From: an uncultured archaeon
GTDB taxonomy: Archaea > Asgardarchaeota > Thorarchaeia > Thorarchaeales > Thorarchaeaceae
Direction: 5' to 3'
Length of the DNA stretch: 32,000 nucleotides
Assembly: GCA_964648855.1 (NCBI GenBank)
Contig: CAZYLT010000001.1
Coordinates: forward strand, 330,001 to 362,000
Under the pieces are notes generated by a model, which was not told the DNA's origin, searched no databases, and saw only the letters and a list, made by a program, of their open reading frames with translations. Shown in pieces: positions 28,613-32,000 of this stretch. A program made the translations under genes and the position numbers. The first letter of the stretch is position 1. Every line of letters starts with the position of its first letter.

Positions 28613-28719
28613 TTTATGTCTGCGATGAAAATCTCGTCGGAGTCGTCAAAACAAGCAAGCGTACGAACTGCTACGCTGCCAACTATTCCACAACCACCAA
28701 CGACTACATCACGTGACAT
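28612..28719 (-). pseudogene. 5' fragment of a saccharopine-dehydrogenase-like Rossmann-fold gene
   Basis: MSRDVVVGGCGIVGSVAVRTLA...EIFIADIN is a complete beta-alpha-beta nucleotide-binding unit, followed by 5 unrelated codons and a stop. Confidence 0.65.
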
Positions 28720-28919
28720 GTTTAGTGTGAGCTTTAATCGCTCCATAGAGATATGGCGAGCATAATCCAATTTGATGAAAAATCTGAAAGATTCTGGGAT
28801 GAAAATTTCGCATAGAATCAAACGCTACTTGAAGAAAGATTGATTGGACGATTGCTCACGACTTTGCCTGCCGGGTCTGCATCAGCAAATGGCTACTTGG
28901 AGAGAAAGCAGTGCATTGA

Positions 28920-29687
28920 TTAGCTTTCTTCAATCCTTATGGGCTGACCAACGGACAGTCGAAGCTCCTGAACAGCACTTGCATTCTTTGCGGCAATCTC
29001 GAGGGTATCGTAGCTGCCAGTGACCAAGAAGAGACCTTCGTCAGGGCCCTCGGAATACGTCGGATACCAATTCAGATCCCACTTCAAGTCAGAGGTTTCA
29101 ATCCTGTATTCCTTGGCATTTGCATGGGGAATATTGGTGATGATGTTTCCAAATCTATCAATCCTCACTATCATGCCATCGCGGTCATGCAGAGGAAACT
29201 CCAATTTCACACTTAATTCTGATTTGAATCCTCCAAGTACCTGACCTGCCTGACCACGACCCATATACCCTGCGGCTCTAGCAAATACATCTCGACCATG
29301 AAACGTTCTTGACGCATTATCTTCAATTACTAGTGTGGAAACACTCTTTATTCCGTCCTGTTTTACCGCTGGATACATCAGACCATTATCAGGCCCAATG
29401 AAAGAGTAATTCTTCGTTCTCACATAGATAGGGTCGCGTCCTGTTCCAACTCCCGGGTCAATTACACAGACAAAGATAGTATTCCGCGGAAACTGTGCGA
29501 AAGCCTGTAACAAGACCCAAGCACCCTCACAAATTGACTGCGGTCGAATCGAGTGTGTTAGGTCAACAATTCTAGAACTAGGACTCAAAGAGATGATGAC
29601 ACCCTTCATTATCCCAACATATTCAGATTCTCCGAAGTCAGTCAAAAGCACAACAAGTGGAGGGTTCCTCATAGCCATGGCGCTCAC
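28920..29687 (-). CDS. SAM hydroxide adenosyltransferase (DUF62; chlorinase/fluorinase superfamily)
   Basis: LLTDFG, YVG.MKG, DLTH, IDPGVGT.R, GPDNG, TFHGRDVF, IDRFGN. Confidence 0.92.
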   Translation of the reverse strand: MSAMAMRNPPLVVLLTDFGESEYVGIMKGVIISLSPSSRIVDLTHSIRPQSICEGAWVLLQAFAQFPRNTIFVCVIDPGVGTGRDPIYVRTKNYSFIGPDNGLMYPAVKQDGIKSVSTLVIEDNASRTFHGRDVFARAAGYMGRGQAGQVLGGFKSELSVKLEFPLHDRDGMIVRIDRFGNIITNIPHANAKEYRIETSDLKWDLNWYPTYSEGPDEGLFLVTGSYDTLEIAAKNASAVQELRLSVGQPIRIEES

Positions 29688-29694
29688 CCGCTTT

Positions 29695-30852
29695 CTATTC
29701 GATTTTTACTAATCTTATTTCATTGTAATCTGTCAAGACACGAATATAGCCTCTCAACATTTCATCCACACTACTATCTCCGGTGTCAACCTTAAGTGTC
29801 CCACCCTCAATGCCCTTGAGCTTTGAAGGCGTGCTCATTACAATGATGTCATCTCGTTCGACTTTCTCAATTATTTTGGGACTGATTTGCTGATTACCCC
29901 TACCAAATAACATCCCTTGATGTCCTATGGGTGACACAATGATTTTGGTCTTGCTGAAGTCTTCCACCAAGTCTAGTATCTGGTCTTCATTGAGATCGTT
30001 ATGAACCTCTCCGTCTTTGTACAGGTCGACCCCTAACGTTGTCTTTTCTATATCAAGTAGGTCTGCCACACTCTTTACGGTGGTTCCCGGACCGAGTACA
30101 TAGGTCCCATACTCATCCATGTTTTCAACAATGTATCGTGCAATTGCCTCCTGAGCTTCTCTCTCATCCACTGTTTCGGGGCTGGCTTGCTTGGCACCTT
30201 GAAAGCGTGCAGGAACTGATGGCCCTTTCATATAGCCGTAGAGCCGAATTTCCAGTTTATCATTCCGGAAGGCTTCTTCATCAATATCCATTATTTCGAA
30301 TTCTGTTTCGCCCGTCTGCCCCTCCTCAATCAGACGAATGACCTCTGCAGCGTCGCGAGGATTCAGAACAAAAATAGCGCTATACATCTTGACGCCAGCT
30401 GGAATACCAATAACCAAGAGGTCCTCAAGACCATACTCTTTGATTGCATCTAAGATATCTCTGGCAGTACCGTCGCCACCAACAAAAGCAATTATCTCAA
30501 CGCCTGCATCAGCCAATGCCTTCACGCATCGCTTAGTATCTTCAGCAGTGGTTTCATCGGAGATGTCCACGTCTATTGTTTCGAAGGGAATATTCTCATT
30601 CTTGCATTCATTGCCCCCCATATCACCAGGACAGGCAGTCAAGGTGGGGTCATGTTTATTGTCATCGAAAAGGGGAGAAAGAGCATTGAGAAAGTCCTGT
30701 GCTCGGTTTGGAGACACCGGCTCTGCGCCCAATTCTCTTGCCGTATCTACGACTCCGTCTGTTCCCTTAAGACCAACACGACCGCCCATCCCAGCAATAG
30801 GATTCACTATGAAACCAATGTGCAACAATGTCAATTCATCCCTATGTAACAT
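29695..30852 (-). CDS. ATP-NAD kinase / AcoX-like family protein
   Basis: IVNPIAGMGGRVGLKGTDG, GGDGTARD, GVKMYS, GPGTT, GRGNQQ, VDTGD. Confidence 0.88.
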   Translation of the reverse strand: MLHRDELTLLHIGFIVNPIAGMGGRVGLKGTDGVVDTARELGAEPVSPNRAQDFLNALSPLFDDNKHDPTLTACPGDMGGNECKNENIPFETIDVDISDETTAEDTKRCVKALADAGVEIIAFVGGDGTARDILDAIKEYGLEDLLVIGIPAGVKMYSAIFVLNPRDAAEVIRLIEEGQTGETEFEIMDIDEEAFRNDKLEIRLYGYMKGPSVPARFQGAKQASPETVDEREAQEAIARYIVENMDEYGTYVLGPGTTVKSVADLLDIEKTTLGVDLYKDGEVHNDLNEDQILDLVEDFSKTKIIVSPIGHQGMLFGRGNQQISPKIIEKVERDDIIVMSTPSKLKGIEGGTLKVDTGDSSVDEMLRGYIRVLTDYNEIRLVKIE

Positions 30853-31162
30853 ATATCTGTATAATCTACACTATAGGGCTTTTGATAGATTCATTTCTAA
30901 GGCGTCTACTTCTGGTTGGGAAAAGATACGAGTACATAGAATCCTTCAAGTCTGTTTATCGAACAGACGCATGCCAACGTATTTTACATTTTCATGACAT
31001 AAAAAGTGCCAGGTGCGTTTCATCTTGGATATCAAAGGACTTGGCATTATTCTCGTGTTAGTTCTAGCAATTAGCTCTCCCGGGCCTATTGTCTATCCTA
31101 GATACCAATTCCCATAATTCTCATCATAATCTTGCTAAGGAGAAAGCATGCTTAACCTAGAA

Positions 31163-31999
31163 TTAGTAGTTAAAATCTATCATGAATTCAGATGAGATTC
31201 TCCATGACTTTGATTTCTCGTCAAATGTTTCAGGCCATATTCCATAGACCTCAGTGTTCTCATAGTCAACCATAGAAACCATAAGGTCGGAGCTATTGCC
31301 ATGAACGTACTCTAATACACGCGACATGTGAGAAGGTGGCAATCTCAGGTACCAGAACAAGAATTCATCCGCAATTTTCAGTGTTGACCTGAAGGGAATA
31401 GGATTGGAAAGCATCTTCGCCTGTAGCTCCAAAGCAAATCTCTGTTCCACATTAGCGGTAAGAATCACATTGCTATAGAGATCAAATGCCTCTGGGTCTA
31501 TGAAGACATGATATCCTTGTATGAAGTGATCCTGCAATAACTTTAGTCGACGAGAGAATTCCTGTGATGAGAATTCTATACCTCTTTTGGATAATTTGTC
31601 AATTATCGCCTTCTGCTTTCTTCGAGCTCCATGAACCAGGTCGCTGAGAATATACATATCGTTCTTGGAAAGCAAGTCCAGCCTTGGAACGCTTTGCCTA
31701 GGTTTCTTCACAGACGGAATCTCGATTGTGGATTCAATCCAAGAAGACCAATCAAAACCCCATGTGAAAGAATTGTTGTCCCAATGTTCTAATCGGGCTA
31801 TACTAAAGATTGGCGCCGTGTTGGTAGTTGGCAGTATCCAAAAACTATCTAGGTGATTCTCATCGACCTTTGACTCAAGCAGAGTCCTTAGCTGATTCTG
31901 AGAGCCAAGCGGAATACGGAATTGTGCGAATAGTCCCGGAAAACCTCCATAGGATCGTGCACGATATTTCGTGTAGGGATGTGCATCACAGAGCTGCTC
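31163..31999 (-). CDS. Winged-helix / Lrp-AsnC-like regulator with internal duplication; starts beyond the window
   Basis: Frame stays open from 31711 to the window edge (EQLCDAHPYTKYRAR...WD..SFTWGFDW), then LSKNDMYILSDL...SSQEFSRRLKLL HTH and terminal WPETFDEKSKSW. Confidence 0.7.
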   Translation of the reverse strand, partial: EQLCDAHPYTKYRARSYGGFPGLFAQFRIPLGSQNQLRTLLESKVDENHLDSFWILPTTNTAPIFSIARLEHWDNNSFTWGFDWSSWIESTIEIPSVKKPRQSVPRLDLLSKNDMYILSDLVHGARRKQKAIIDKLSKRGIEFSSQEFSRRLKLLQDHFIQGYHVFIDPEAFDLYSNVILTANVEQRFALELQAKMLSNPIPFRSTLKIADEFLFWYLRLPPSHMSRVLEYVHGNSSDLMVSMVDYENTEVYGIWPETFDEKSKSWRISSEFMIDFNY

Positions 32000-32000
32000 C

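Noticed and set aside
28920-29687. Halogenase (fluorinase/chlorinase)
   Set aside because: The Asp/Arg/His hydrolase residues (DPGVGT.R, TFHGRD) typical of DUF62 SAM hydrolases are retained
30950-30968. Small hairpin GTCTGTT-N5-AACAGAC
   Set aside because: Short, isolated and without a U-tract; insufficient support
30338-30997. 219-aa plus-strand ORF and other antisense ORFs of 60-145 aa across the window
   Set aside because: They are shadows of well-supported genes on the opposite strand, with no motifs
1-32000. CRISPR arrays, IS elements, integrases, rRNA and tRNA
   Set aside because: No periodic repeats, transposase motifs or RNA gene signatures were found by eye

Overview
Gene-dense archaeal chromosomal window. 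An Asgard archaeon, probably Thorarchaeota-like, is inferred from gene content and a duplicated wHTH regulator type; this is not provable from the window. From left to right: (1) the end of an antiporter-like membrane subunit converging on a group 4 [NiFe]-hydrogenase block (small subunit, large subunit, NuoH-like, NuoI-like, unknown ORF); (2) a MOT1-family molybdate/tungstate transporter and a PHP hydrolase; (3) an SCP2 - FabK/NMO - Fe-ADH - AOR run; (4) pepD, a PAP2 phosphatase, an Adc-like gene and an ABC exporter; (5) a five-gene lipoate assembly cluster (lipS2, lipS1, LplA fused to a Cys-rich DUF116-like domain, a LipT-like flavoprotein, a second LplA) followed by a GHMP kinase; (6) a tetrahydrofolate C1 cluster (fhs, folD, fused FTCD); (7) a scar joining the 5' ends of a RuBisCO-like gene and a saccharopine-dehydrogenase-like gene; (8) a SAM hydrolase, an ATP-NAD kinase-like gene and a partial regulator. 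No rRNA, tRNA, CRISPR array or mobile element was recognised. All family calls come from motif recognition by eye, not database searches.
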